In this document: positions 52,859 through 64,000 of the stretch, piece after piece
How positions within the stretch are numbered: the first letter of the stretch is position 1
Layout of the letters: each line of letters opens with the position of its first letter
Origin: Convolutriloba macropyga
Taxonomy: Eukaryota
Reading direction: 5' to 3'
Assembly: GCF_964194025.1 (NCBI RefSeq)
Contig: NC_134478.1
Span: forward strand, 34,038,001 to 34,102,000
Length of the DNA: 64,000 nt
Made by a program: the position numbers and the translations under genes
The notes under the pieces: generated by a model
The model's input: the letters and a program-made list of their open reading frames with translations, nothing else
The model's database searches: none
Told to the model about the DNA's origin: nothing

Positions 52859-55800
52859 TAGTTTAATTATATAGTTTAATTTCATCTATAGGTGAGTTTT
52901 TACTTATTATTTGTCAATTGTAGCTTTGATAATTGGTTTTGACTGTTGGTACGAGCAGCTGTGAAGTGTGTGAGCATGTGGTAATATTTTAATTACAGTG
53001 TGTGACTTTATAATGACATATTTATGAAAGTGAAATTCTGGTGACATAACGAATTTTTTTGATTTTTGAGCATTAACTTTAATTTACTTGTAAGTTATTG
53101 ATCATGGACTGGTTCTAATGGTTCTAGATGCTTATTCTGGTTGTTAGCAGCACTTGTGTGTAATTTGAACTGGTTTAGAAGAGTATTTGGTACTAATTTT
53201 CACATGTAATTTTTTCGTAATTTTGGCCATTTTTCCGCATCAGGGCTGGTGTTGCATATGTGAATTTTTCAATTTTTATTAAATTTTGTGCAAATTTTTT
53301 TTGCTTAGCCCACTCAGTAGACATTGGTGGGGAATAACTATGCTATAAATTCAGGTTTTTCGGCACTTTTTGGTCAACTTTTTCACTAATGTATGAAAAA
53401 CCGAAAAATGCGAAAAATTGAGGGCTCCAGTTTCACTCAATTTTTAAATTGCTCCAATTGGGCTCAAAATTGGTAGGTCGCTTCAGGGGCTCAAAAAACG
53501 CTGCAGCGCAAAAATTTGGCGCAATTTGAGCATTTTTCGCAAAGATATGATTGTTTTCGTGATCTGAACCTGGCTATTTTTGAATCATGAAATTTCGGTC
53601 TGAATAAGTTGTCACTGCTCATACATTATCGGTATTGAATGGTTAAAATGGTACTGTCTGTGCTTGGTACTAATGTATATTAGTGAATTATAGGGTTTGA
53701 AGCTATTTATCGGGTCAGAACATTGATTTTTGCGTCCAAAATGCTAATTTTCAGGCATGATTTTTCCACTAATTGAGCTTCGTCGAGACATGTGTCAGTC
53801 TGGTGTTTCTCTAGTGGCCTAAGTCAGGTGCTAACTGTTAGTACCGATATCTGTGGCTATCAGGGGTAGCTTTTTGGTAGGTTTGAAGTTGAATAATATG
53901 TGTTTTGTGCCGGTTTTTCTGTGAAATTTACTAGATTTTTACTTGTGAAGCATCATGTTTTGTGCATAAGTTGACATAGATTGGAGATAATTGATTTTTG
54001 ACAGTAATTGTGAGTCATACTAGTGAGTACTATGTTGGTAGCAACTATTGGTGCAGTTTGGTGCATGATTTGACTTTTTTATGTGGAGTTTTTCACTTTA
54101 GAATTTTGGGCTAAATTTGATCAGATATGTGCAATTTTCGATTTTTTCACTTTTTTCAACTTTTATGATTTTCTATGAGATTGTATGGGTTTATTGGGCT
54201 TTGACAACTACTAGGGAGACTGAATATTGGATATGGGCTCATAATTCGGCTATTTGATACTATTTTTCTGGTATAAATCTGGCTCTATTTTGGCAAATTT
54301 GAGAAGAGTTTGGTAGGCTTCAGTTTTTTTCTATTATATCAACATTTTACTTAACAATTTTCAATATTTTTGATATGGGCGTGTAGAGCTTGAGCATGCG
54401 GATGTTTTAAGCTAATAATATCGGATTTTCGACCAATATTTCGGATTTTATGAACATGTTCGTAAATTTTCAAAAAGTCTCCAAAATTGAGGGGCCCAGC
54501 GTCACTCAATTTTTAAAATGCTTCGATTGAGCTGAAAATTGGTGAATCGCTTTATCGGCTCAAAAAACCCTGCAGCGCAAAAATTTGGGCAGTTTCAACT
54601 ATTTTTTCACGAGTTATAACGTTTTTGCTGCAGTGAACCTGGGTTTTTTGAAAAGGCTCAGATAGGGGATAGGTTATTGGCTATGAGGCTATGAAAAACT
54701 TGTTCAGAATGATTGATATTGCTATGGTTGGACTGCTCATGAGTAGGGCTAACTGAATTCACAATAAAATTGGGCATATTCAGGTATTAAGATGCATTTT
54801 TGATCACTTTTTCTGGTAATTTCACTTAAATTTTTGTGATTTTCATTATTTTGGAAGTGTTTTCTCAGCTTGTATTGGCACTAGGGGGCTGGGAGTGCAT
54901 ATTCTGAGAGCTATAGATGTGGGCGTGCTGATGGTATGGTTAATTGCTGTCAGAAGTGAATAATGTTGACTCTAGCTGGAAATAACTGAATTTTACCTGA
55001 CAAAATTGTGTCGATTTCAGAGCTTATTTGGTTTTAAGTCTTCATGGTTGATACTGGAATGAACTGGGACTGGTTTTTATGGTACTGCGAGGCTAGTGGT
55101 GGGTTGCAATAGGGTTGTAGGGGGTATAGGTGGCTTCAATCGGGTCATGTGGGAAATAAAATGACAAAATTTTTGAAGCGGAGGATTGAAGCAGAAGCGC
55201 GATTTTCGTTTTTTCATCATTTTTCAACATATACTTAGAAATATTGGGTTTTAACGATTGTTTGAGGTTGTACCATGTGGGTGGCAGCTGGGAGTAGCTG
55301 CTGGAGGCGTTTGGGTCAGTTGGAGGTATAATTTACACTACATTTTAATCAATTTTAGCACACTTTGATAGGGTTCGGTATTTTTGTCATAACTCAACTT
55401 TTATTGATTTTTGACGGGATTTTTGGGTACTGAGATGTCAAGCGTGAGCAGTAGGTTGATCTAGGGCTATAAAATGGGTCAATTGGAGGTTTTTTGTGGG
55501 AGTTATCATTGAATTCGAGCGGATTCGAAAAGTGTCAAAAATTGAGGGCTCCAGCGTCACTCAATTTTTAAGGTTCTCCAAATCCCTTCAAAATTTGCAC
55601 GTCGGTTCCTCGGCTTGAAAAATGCTGCAGCGCAAAAGTTTGGGGTGATCGGGGCATTTTTCACAATTTTATGACTATTTTTCTGAAGTGAACCTAGGAT
55701 TTTCGGAAGGGTCAATTTTAGGCTAATTTTTTGGTACTTAGAATGGGTCAATAATAGCTGGAATCGCTTCTACTGGATAAGGGCTTTTCAGAAGAATAGG

Positions 55801-55971
55801 TTAATCCAGGTTCAGACAAGTAGTTCTGGAGATATAACAAAATAACTAGGATTTGAGGTCAAAATTTTTCGAATTTTTTCGATTTTTGGACTTTAGGGTT
55901 AAGTTGCTCAGGCTTGTTGGGCTGTTGGGGCAAATGAAGGGTGCTGCTAGACTGGACTGGGTCTGTACATG

Positions 55972-57894
55972 CTAATGGATATAGATGTTTATGGGTAGAG
56001 GGTCGAAGACTTGACATATAAGCTCAAAAATGATGTTAAAATCCAATTTATCATAGCCACTGGCGAGTTTTGGAAGACTTAAGTGTGAAATTCCTGCATC
56101 TATTACTATTTCTCTCAGTTCATAGAGACTTGCTAATACGGATTCGTATGTGGGTTTGTGGTAGTATCTAAACTTGGTAACTAAACTGAAGATATAACGT
56201 TCAGAAATGGGGTCGAAGTAAATTAAAACTGAGCCAATATCAGGTGGATATCTAAGTCTAATTGCACTTGGGGCTGCTGGGTACCAGCTTTTGACTTGTC
56301 GGGCTAATCCCTTTGCCATTGCAAGGTCTGCTGATATACAGTGTACAAAAGAGTATGGTGAATATAAGATTTCTGTTGGAGAACTTAGATATGTTGCATT
56401 TGTTTCTTGACTAAAATGGTTTAAAGTTTGATTAGATGAGCCTGGTGAAGATTTTTTCGATTGAGATCTAGTTACTGGTTTGTTTGCTGAACTGATTGGC
56501 TTTTTCCCTGAATATTTTGCTATACTTGCTCTAACTTGATCTAGTTTTGTCTCTCTACTTGGTGTATTTGACTGTTGTGCTGCTTGTGCTGATGCTTTTA
56601 TTGCTTCACGTTTTTCTTCATGTTCCAGTCTGGCACTTGCGTTTTTTGGTCTAGGACTGCCTGATCTTCTAACTTGGTTGGTTAGGTAAGGGTTTGTTCT
56701 ATCTTCATCGTGTAACCATATTTGTCTAGTTATTTTAAATCCTTGGACATTTTTCTTCTGTTGGTATTTTGGTGATTTGAAAGCACTTTTTTCTGGTTGT
56801 CGTTTAGGGTGATAAGGTCGGGCTCTTAATTTTCTATCAGTTAACGCAAATTGTTCTTCATGTGTTTCTGGAGGCGAGTCACTATCGAATGGTTCTATTG
56901 ACGGGCGAGGCTGTTGAGCTGGTAGGAACATTTCATCATCTGATGAAGATGATACAAGAGGAACACGAACTTCTGGTTCTTGATGTCTAATTTCGTCAGC
57001 AATTAACGGATTAACTGGTATTCGGGCAATTTGTTCTGCATACAGATTTAGGTCAGCTAAATTTTTGTCTGAACTACTATTTTTGTCAAAAAGATTTGGA
57101 ATTGCTTCATCTGAACTTGAGGAGTCAAATACTGGAAGATGAACTGGGGCAGTTCGCGGTCTAACTGCTGGTGCTACTACCCTTGGTGGGGCCGGTGGGG
57201 CTGCTGGAGGTGCTGGTCCTGCTAATGGTCCACATAGGGGAACATTTATGGTCACTCTGACTGGATCTTGTTTCTCTTTTGTAGCTTGTTTTATTTCCTT
57301 TTCTTGTTCATTTATCAGATCTGGAATGTGTTTATCAAAAAGCTCTGGCTCCATGTGTTGTCTTCTAGATGGATCAGGTTGAAAGTTTGCCGGGTTGATA
57401 ACTTCGAGATCTTCAGGAGTTTCACTTGGATTAATTGGCTTCAATCTGATGCGATGAACACATTGGGTGTAGTTCGTATTTACTTTTCGAATGATGTAAT
57501 TAGAATCAGTAAGGACTTTTTCCACTTTATATAGCGGTAGCCATTTCTGAACTTGGGAAGCTATTACTGTTGATTCTTCTAATAGCTTAGGGTTTAAAAG
57601 TAAACAGAATGATTTTTCTGGAATTGGTTTTGCTGATGCTTTTTGATCATAATACTTCTTGTACTTCAAGTATGCGGTCGTCAGTTTTTCTTTGTTTTCT
57701 CCAAACTTTTGCATCATGGCGTCTTGCAGTTCATTTACAAAGTCAGAGTTTACTGCTACTGCATCCATTACTTTTCTGGAGAACCTAATGTCGAGGGGTT
57801 TTATGGGTTCTCTGCCATGGAATAAAGTTGAAGGACAACAATTTGTCGCTGAATGGTATGACGTATTATGAATAAAAGTTGTAAAGAGGAACAT
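55972..57894 (-). CDS. Integrase C-terminus, Pro/Ser-rich linker and TARG1/OARD1 (Poa1p-like) macrodomain; frameshifted continuation of pol
   Basis: HNTSYHS..PSTLFHGR and YKVEK..NY..VHRIRLKP are Gypsy integrase C-terminal motifs. HCISADLAMAKGLA, RYIFSLVTK, KPTYE and LSLPKLASGYDKL match the TARG1 macrodomain signature. Confidence 0.88.
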   Translation of the reverse strand: MFLFTTFIHNTSYHSATNCCPSTLFHGREPIKPLDIRFSRKVMDAVAVNSDFVNELQDAMMQKFGENKEKLTTAYLKYKKYYDQKASAKPIPEKSFCLLLNPKLLEESTVIASQVQKWLPLYKVEKVLTDSNYIIRKVNTNYTQCVHRIRLKPINPSETPEDLEVINPANFQPDPSRRQHMEPELFDKHIPDLINEQEKEIKQATKEKQDPVRVTINVPLCGPLAGPAPPAAPPAPPRVVAPAVRPRTAPVHLPVFDSSSSDEAIPNLFDKNSSSDKNLADLNLYAEQIARIPVNPLIADEIRHQEPEVRVPLVSSSSDDEMFLPAQQPRPSIEPFDSDSPPETHEEQFALTDRKLRARPYHPKRQPEKSAFKSPKYQQKKNVQGFKITRQIWLHDEDRTNPYLTNQVRRSGSPRPKNASARLEHEEKREAIKASAQAAQQSNTPSRETKLDQVRASIAKYSGKKPISSANKPVTRSQSKKSSPGSSNQTLNHFSQETNATYLSSPTEILYSPYSFVHCISADLAMAKGLARQVKSWYPAAPSAIRLRYPPDIGSVLIYFDPISERYIFSLVTKFRYYHKPTYESVLASLYELREIVIDAGISHLSLPKLASGYDKLDFNIIFELICQVFDPLPINIYIH

Positions 57895-60800
57895 TTTTGT
57901 GCCAGTCTTTCCATTGTTCCTCAGTATTGAGTTTTAATATTCGTTTCAGTGGTCCGTGAGATCGTTCTACTGCTCCAATAGTTTGAGGGTGCTTTAGTGA
58001 GGCATGTTTTAACTTTACTTCTAATAAACTTGCTAATTCTGACATTAATTCAGAAGTAAAATTGGTTCCTAAGTCACTAAGTATTGTTTGAGGAATGTAG
58101 CTATGTTGGAAGAACACCTTTACTAATTCTTTAGCTACTGTATCAGCATATCCATTTGTTAATGGAACTGCGAATAGGTACTTTGTGAAAACATCTATTC
58201 CACTCAGAACATACTTATATTGTGATGACTTTAGGGGGCCTACTAAATCGATTTGTAGCATATCTCCTGGATATGATTGTAGAGAACTAACTGGTTGTAA
58301 CTTTGCTGTAATATGGCTTTTTGGTACTCTGTTCAATTGGAGACAAGTAAGGCAGTTTTTGATGAAGCTAATGAAATGTTCGGTGAAGCCTGGATAATAA
58401 AATCGCTTTCTAAATTCCTGAATTGTTGCTTTGATACCTAAGTGACCTGCTGTTTGTGAATTATGGAGCCTATATATAGTCTCTTTCCACAAATGTTTAG
58501 GTACACAGAATTGTTTATGAAGTACATTTCCAGTATCATCATAAAAATTCCGGTATAAGACATTCCCTTCAAGAATTAATCTATTTAAATGTTTTTGATA
58601 CTTTTTTAAGTTGGTTGTAGCATACTTTAAGTCTGGTTGTTGATTGTTTTGTTGAATCCAGCTTATTACTATTCTAATATCTGCATCTTTTTGCTGCTCA
58701 TCTGCTAAGTTAAGGCTAATTAAGTTGTCTGTAAGGTCTGGGAACTCATCTAATGGATTTGGGTACTCAATTGAATTTATTTCGTGTTTTCGTTTAAGTT
58801 TTAATAGCCCTTGAATTTCTGTAATTGGAACATTATTTTGTCGTTTTTTGTAATCCTCATAAACTCCTAGTTTTTTAAGAAAGTTAACTTCGTCTTCGTT
58901 TATTTCGTCACCGAGGCCTTCAGTATCAAATAACACATTTAGTTCTACATCAGGGTTTTGTGCTTCTGTGTCAATTTCTATTTCTTTAACTGGAATTCTG
59001 TCTGTTAACTTTAAAGACATTGTTGCTGTTTTGTCATTCTCCATTCGGGAGAGAAAATCCGCTGCGTAATTAGCGCGTCCAGGAATGTGAGCAATTACTA
59101 TGTTAAATGCGAGTATTCTGTCTAAACAATTCCAGAGTGATGGTGGTATTACTTTTGACTGAAAGAATTGTGTGAGGCTTTTGTTGTCAGTGAGTATAAT
59201 TACTTGTTTACTTGATCCCCAAATGTAGTGTGAAAAGTAGTCCAGCGCGTAGTACAAAGCTAGGAACTCTTTGTAGTATATTGAGAACTTAAATTGTGTG
59301 GCATTAAACAAATGCGATCCAAACGAAACGGGAGCGTATGTTTTCTTTTCTTTCTTTCCTGTTTCATTTACGTAGTCTTCCACCATTAGTACAAAACCTG
59401 CACCGTGGTAACTAGCGTCACAAAGAATTACATACTGTAGCCCTGGTTTTGGCAATCGCAAAGTTACATTCGTTGCTTCCATTAGATCCTTTTTTATTAC
59501 TTCTAATGCTTTTACATGTTCTTCTGTGGTTTCTATTACTGCATCCTTCTTCAGGAGCTTGTAAGAGGACATTAGTTTCTCACCTAGATTAGGTATGTAA
59601 TTACGGAAGAATTGCGTGAAGCCAATTAGTCGTTTTACTTGCTTTGTTGTTTTCGGCATTTTAAATTTATCAAGAAATTTCGTTATTTTTGATTTTTCTG
59701 GTGATATTCCTTCTGCACTGATGTTATTTCCAAGGAATTTTATTGTATCGGTTGCTATTTCACAATTTTCGGGCGACAGTTTCAGTCCCGATTGACGTAT
59801 ACATGTAAAGATTTCTCGTAAAGAAGGTACCAATTGTTCAAAATTTGTTACTGCATTTCCGATATCATCCATAAACTGGGTACAATTTCCTGATGCTAAG
59901 CATGGGTCCAAGTAATGTCTAATAGAGGAACTAACTCCTGTTACTGACTTATTCAATCCTTGTGCAAGACATTTATATGCATAAGTTCTCGAAGCAAAGT
60001 TAAATGCTGGCAGTTGCACTGATACATCGTCTGCCATTTGCACGCAATGATATGCTTGAGAACAGTCAAGTTTTGTGAACAATTTTTTTCCAGCAAAGTA
60101 ATTTATTGCGTCGCTCATGTTTGAAATCGGGAAATTCGTATTTACGTAGTCATTTTTCAGCAAGTGGTTTACTTTTCTCAAGTCAATTAATAGTCTAAGT
60201 CTTCCTGAATTCTTTCGTTGTGCGAAAAGTGGACTACTATATCTTGATTGAGACAAAGTTGTTATCAGTCCGTAATAATGCATTAGTGCGAGCTCTATTT
60301 GTAACTCATTTCTTAAATGGAAGGGCGTTGGAGGGCCTTGTTCGTAAGTTGGTATGCTTCTTTCTGGAGTTAACTTTATTTTTAAATATGTATTATATCC
60401 AACGTCAAATCTGTGTTTCGCAAAGATATCACTGAATTCAACTAGTAGTTCACCTACTACTGCTTTTTGCTCATCATTGAGGGCTGATTTTTCCCACGGA
60501 AACTTGCTCAAAAAGGTTATTTTATCCTGATTATTACCCTTTGGATCTAATTTCTCCATTTCTTGCAGTTTTAGCAGTTGCTCATAGACATCTCTCTGCA
60601 AGGGCGACAAATTTGTCGGATCTGGGCACGTTTCAGGCGTTGGGAACCATAGTTTTTCATATTCTGGCGCTGGTTTCGCTGGTTGAGATTTTCTTTTCGG
60701 GGTGTCTGTAACTTGAATTAATTGATTTATTTCTGTTAAGTAATTTTCGCTCATTTTTGCAACATTTATTAATTGAGGATCTACTTCTAACAACTTTTCT

Positions 60801-61773
60801 GCTTGGTCTGATGTTAAGAATGAGAATTTGGCTATTTCTTCGTCTTTATTTATGGTAATTGGGTGGTCAGTAATGTTCAGGACATAGATGTAGAGAATGT
60901 TATTTTCAGCAACTTTACTTAGAGATGATGTTAATATTACTTCACTATCTTTTTCAAAGATTTCGTTTGGAATTATTACTCCACAAAGGTCAGTGAATGA
61001 TTCTAGTTTATCATAGAGCTTACATTCTAATACTGCTTGTTGACTCGGCTGTAACACTTGCTTTTTCTGTGTATAAACTCCAAATTTTTTGCATTTTACC
61101 ACTCTTCTAGGTTGCTTTTCTGGCTTTATTTCATTTATTTGTAATGTTTGATCAGGGAATTTAATGTAACTTTGTCCTGGGCAGATGCTAACTTTGTGTT
61201 TAACGAAGAATGGGTTGCCTAATATTACAGGAGTTGTGACAATTAAAACAAGGAAATCTTCTGTAAATGTTTGTGTGCCCAATTTAAATGTAATTTTAAT
61301 TGCTTTATCAATTTTAACTATATTGCCGTTTGCCATTTTAACTTTATCTAGATCTGACTTGTCTATTTCTGTTATTGAATTGATATTTGTGTTAATTAGT
61401 TCCTTGTAAAACTCACGACTTATCACATTTGCAAATGCTCCTGTATCAACTAGTGCGCGTCTGTCTAATTCTCCATTAAATTCAACTTAACATAGGACAA
61501 TGTTCTGCCTAAAAGTGGGACAATGCTAAATAATTGCTGAACATGTGGTGTTGGCTTTGGTGTGGATTTAGGTACTTGTGTTGGGAGTTGCACAGATTTA
61601 TTCACTTTACATTTATTATTATTACTTTTGCGTTTTCTACGCTTTTTGTTACTTTTATTTTAAACTGGCTCTATTACTTTATCTAAACTAGGACTAGACG
61701 TGCTTTCGTTATAATGGTTAACTGAGTTTTTATAATTTTTATTTTGTTTTTTAAAGTTGGGTGGCTTTATTAG
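57866..61773 (-). CDS. pol: Ty3/Gypsy pol (PR-RT-RNase H-IN), N-terminal part with one stop and one frameshift
   Basis: Protease ALVDTGA near 61440; RT LIDLRKVN, KLDCSQAYH, FMDD; RNase H CDAS, KEFLAL, TDNKSL; integrase H-H-C-C and D,D,E (IDLVG, SDLG, VER). Confidence 0.93.
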
Positions 61774-63021
61774 TTTTTTTGTTGATTAAATGGGAAATTC
61801 ATACCTCTCATATTTCTACTTTGGAGTGCACCAGCACGACTAAATTCTTTTGCTTTTTGCATACCATATCGGTCTTGTGCTGGACTATCGTAAACTATAC
61901 CCTGTCTAAGAAGGTTTTGAGGGGTATTTTTTGTTGGGAACCGATAAACTGGTCTATTAACATAAGCTGGATGAACAAATGGGGGACTGTCTGAAGGTTC
62001 GGTCCAATAATTACGAGTTTGTGGCTGTTCGTTATAATGAAACGGTCTAGGGGCATTAAATTGTGGTCTAAACTCTCGGTAATTATTAGCACGAGGGGCA
62101 TACTGTTGCTGGGGCCGATAGTTATGCTGAACTGGACGATAATTAGGCTGATATTGAGGGTAATTTGGTCGATAATTTTGATATTGGGGGCGGAAATTTT
62201 GTCTAGAACTTTGTTTGTAGACTTGTTGTGGGTAATGTGGTGTGAAAATGTTTACTGGGCCTTGTTCTGATGGCTCATTTTTAGGTGCTGTTCTCTGTTC
62301 AAGTTTCTGCTCAAGTTCTTTTTGATTATTTGAAATAGTAGTTATTGCTTTTAACATTTTATCAGTATTTGTTTCCGTTATTTCATTAAACCCGTCGTCG
62401 AAGTACTCTTCTCTGTTGCACATCTCCCTAATTGCAATTTGTTGGCTAGCTAAGGTGCATAACTGATCTATTGTATCTGTTTCTGGCCTTTCTAAGAGCT
62501 TAGGCTTAAGCCAGTTTGGCATAGACTTAATAAAGAAGCGCTTTATTTGCTCATTTTTTCGATTTTCTGACATCTGAAGGGCAGAATCTCTTGCTGCTGT
62601 CTCTTTCGAATCTACGAGCTTCTGGGTCACCTGCTCCTGCTGGCGCTACTACTGTTTCAGGTGGTGGATATGCTTTATTGGCTTCAGTTCTTAACTTTAC
62701 TAAGATATTTTTAACAGTGTCTGTTTTTGGATTAAACTTTTGATTCTCTAACTTTATAAATCTGATCTCTCTCAAGTCATCCTGTGTGAATCTGTGTCTT
62801 AGAGCTGTTATACTGTCTTCAAAAACTAGTCTGGTAGCCTCTGGTAGGGTTAAGAAGTATCGTAAAGCGTCTCCTTTTAAATGTAATTGCAGAAAGTTCG
62901 CTTGTTGCGCGTTTGCGATTGGTGCAACTCCGATTGCACCTGTTATTAGTTGTTCAAACTCGTTAAAATTGTCCGTTTCTGATCCGGAAAAAGGCGTGAT
63001 GTTGATCTTCGCGTGTGCCAT
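61770..63021 (-). pseudogene. gag: Gypsy gag, frameshift near 62610
   Basis: ITPFSG..FLQLHLKGDALRYF retrotransposon-gag pattern, Q/R/P/Y-rich C-terminus, position upstream of pol. Confidence 0.82.
61773..61779 (-). promoter_or_regulatory. -1 ribosomal frameshift slippery heptamer A AAA AAC at gag end
   Basis: CAA AAA AAC TAA; the -1 frame runs ~95 codons toward the protease with a single stop. Confidence 0.6.
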
Positions 63022-63528
63022 TTTGCTTTTTACCCGATTAGATTATATACTTTTCGTTCAATCAGTCTTACTTTCGTTCTAAAGTATTAAATAGCACACT
63101 TAACTTAACTTAATGGAGAGATTAAGGGTTTTTAAGAGATGAAAACAGTTAAGTGAGTAGCACAAGAATATCAGAAAGGAAAACTTCTGAAACCATTCGT
63201 TCAGAAAATAATAAAGATGGGCTACTTATAAACCTATTCCTAAAGCTCCGGTCGAATCGTTAGACTTATATCGTTGAAGCCGTATGGGCCGCCGAAGTCT
63301 CACCTCTAAAGAGTGCCCCTTAGTCTAGGAAAATTCGTGGGGACCACGACCGCACAGGCCTTGTGGAAGCTGCACTCAGATAGGCAACAGCATAATTGAC
63401 CGAAGTCACTGTTTGATTCATTAACCTCCGGAGCTGGGCGGGGAAATAGAATATAATTGTTTTATTTTGTTTAATTTTGTTTTGCCCTCTTTTAGTTAAT
63501 ATTTAAGTGATGGTTTCAGTAATTTAGC

Positions 63529-63861
63529 TTATTCTGATGTTATCTGATAATCAGTAATGATGTTGTCAAGGTTATTATCTCTGTCAGATTGAAGTTTGTT
63601 ACGAATAAGGCCAAATTTGCGAGCTTTTTGATTTAGACTTTTTGCGGTCCAATAAATTGCAACACGTTTATCATCTTTATCTAGCACATAAATAACGATG
63701 GATTTATAAGCTGAAGAGGAAAAAGCGCTTACTATCTGAGGTTGTGTTTTATTGCTGTTATGGGTGTAGTTGATGTTATTGCCTTCGATATGTTCAACAA
63801 AATTGGGGGAAGCGCGACAATTATTAATAGCGGGGAGAATTTGTTCTTTATAAATTGACAT
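63529..63861 (-). CDS. Unknown 110-aa ORF upstream of gag, same strand
   Basis: ATG-initiated ORF in AT-rich leader; no recognisable motif. Confidence 0.3.
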   Translation of the reverse strand: MSIYKEQILPAINNCRASPNFVEHIEGNNINYTHNSNKTQPQIVSAFSSSAYKSIVIYVLDKDDKRVAIYWTAKSLNQKARKFGLIRNKLQSDRDNNLDNIITDYQITSE

Positions 63862-64000
63862 AAATAAAGCACCAAAATTAATTTTACAAATTCATTTACT
63901 CACAATATCCTCGTTTGCAAATACCCTGTGTTGTTTTTGTCCGTTGTGGTGGCTGTGGTTGAGTTTGTTCCAGTTATTGTTCACTCAAACACTTTTGGAT

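Larger units (their letters stand above)
47488..58234. repeat. ~5.38-kb tandem duplication inside the Gypsy element
   Basis: ORFs at 50595 and 55972 are offset by 5377; junction at ~52858; scattered SNPs and indels between copies. Confidence 0.92.
42405..64000 (-). mobile_element. Large env-bearing Ty3/Gypsy element (LTRs not identified in window)
   Basis: gag-pol-env order on one strand; the 5' end likely lies beyond the window. Confidence 0.75.

Overview
Eukaryotic (probably invertebrate metazoan) window made almost entirely of nested retroelements; no prokaryotic features and no recognisable housekeeping gene. (1) 1-10445: head-to-tail cluster of two subfamilies of an RTE-like APE-RT LINE, separated by N-runs and a (TAG)n tract. 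The one full-length copy (5303-9003) starts with an HDV-like ribozyme and has an intact 1180-aa ORF. Its RT carries a ~200-aa insertion (KOW-like motif plus two C2HC zinc fingers) between palm and thumb, which the second subfamily also has. (2) 10929-21300: decayed CR1/L2-type LINE, part of which is amplified as a 1387-bp tandem array. (3) 21750-24890: CRE-like (RLE) element. (4) 25450-30240: near full-length CR1/L2-type LINE with PHD ORF1, an upstream SGNH esterase ORF and an array of 30-nt repeats. (5) 32262-35990: a second CR1/L2-type LINE. (6) 42405-64000: large minus-strand Ty3/Gypsy element with gag, a -1 slippery site and PR-RT-RH-IN. The integrase continues, past a frameshift, into a TARG1/OARD1-type macrodomain that keeps the catalytic Lys/Asp. 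Spliced antisense ORFs and an F-type class I fusion env gene follow, and a 5.4-kb internal tandem duplication is present. Best candidates for an undescribed system: the enveloped Gypsy element with a de-ADP-ribosylase macrodomain and antisense accessory genes, and the zinc-finger/KOW-in-RT LINE that appears to target (TAG)n. All assignments come from motif recognition by eye; no database searches were run.
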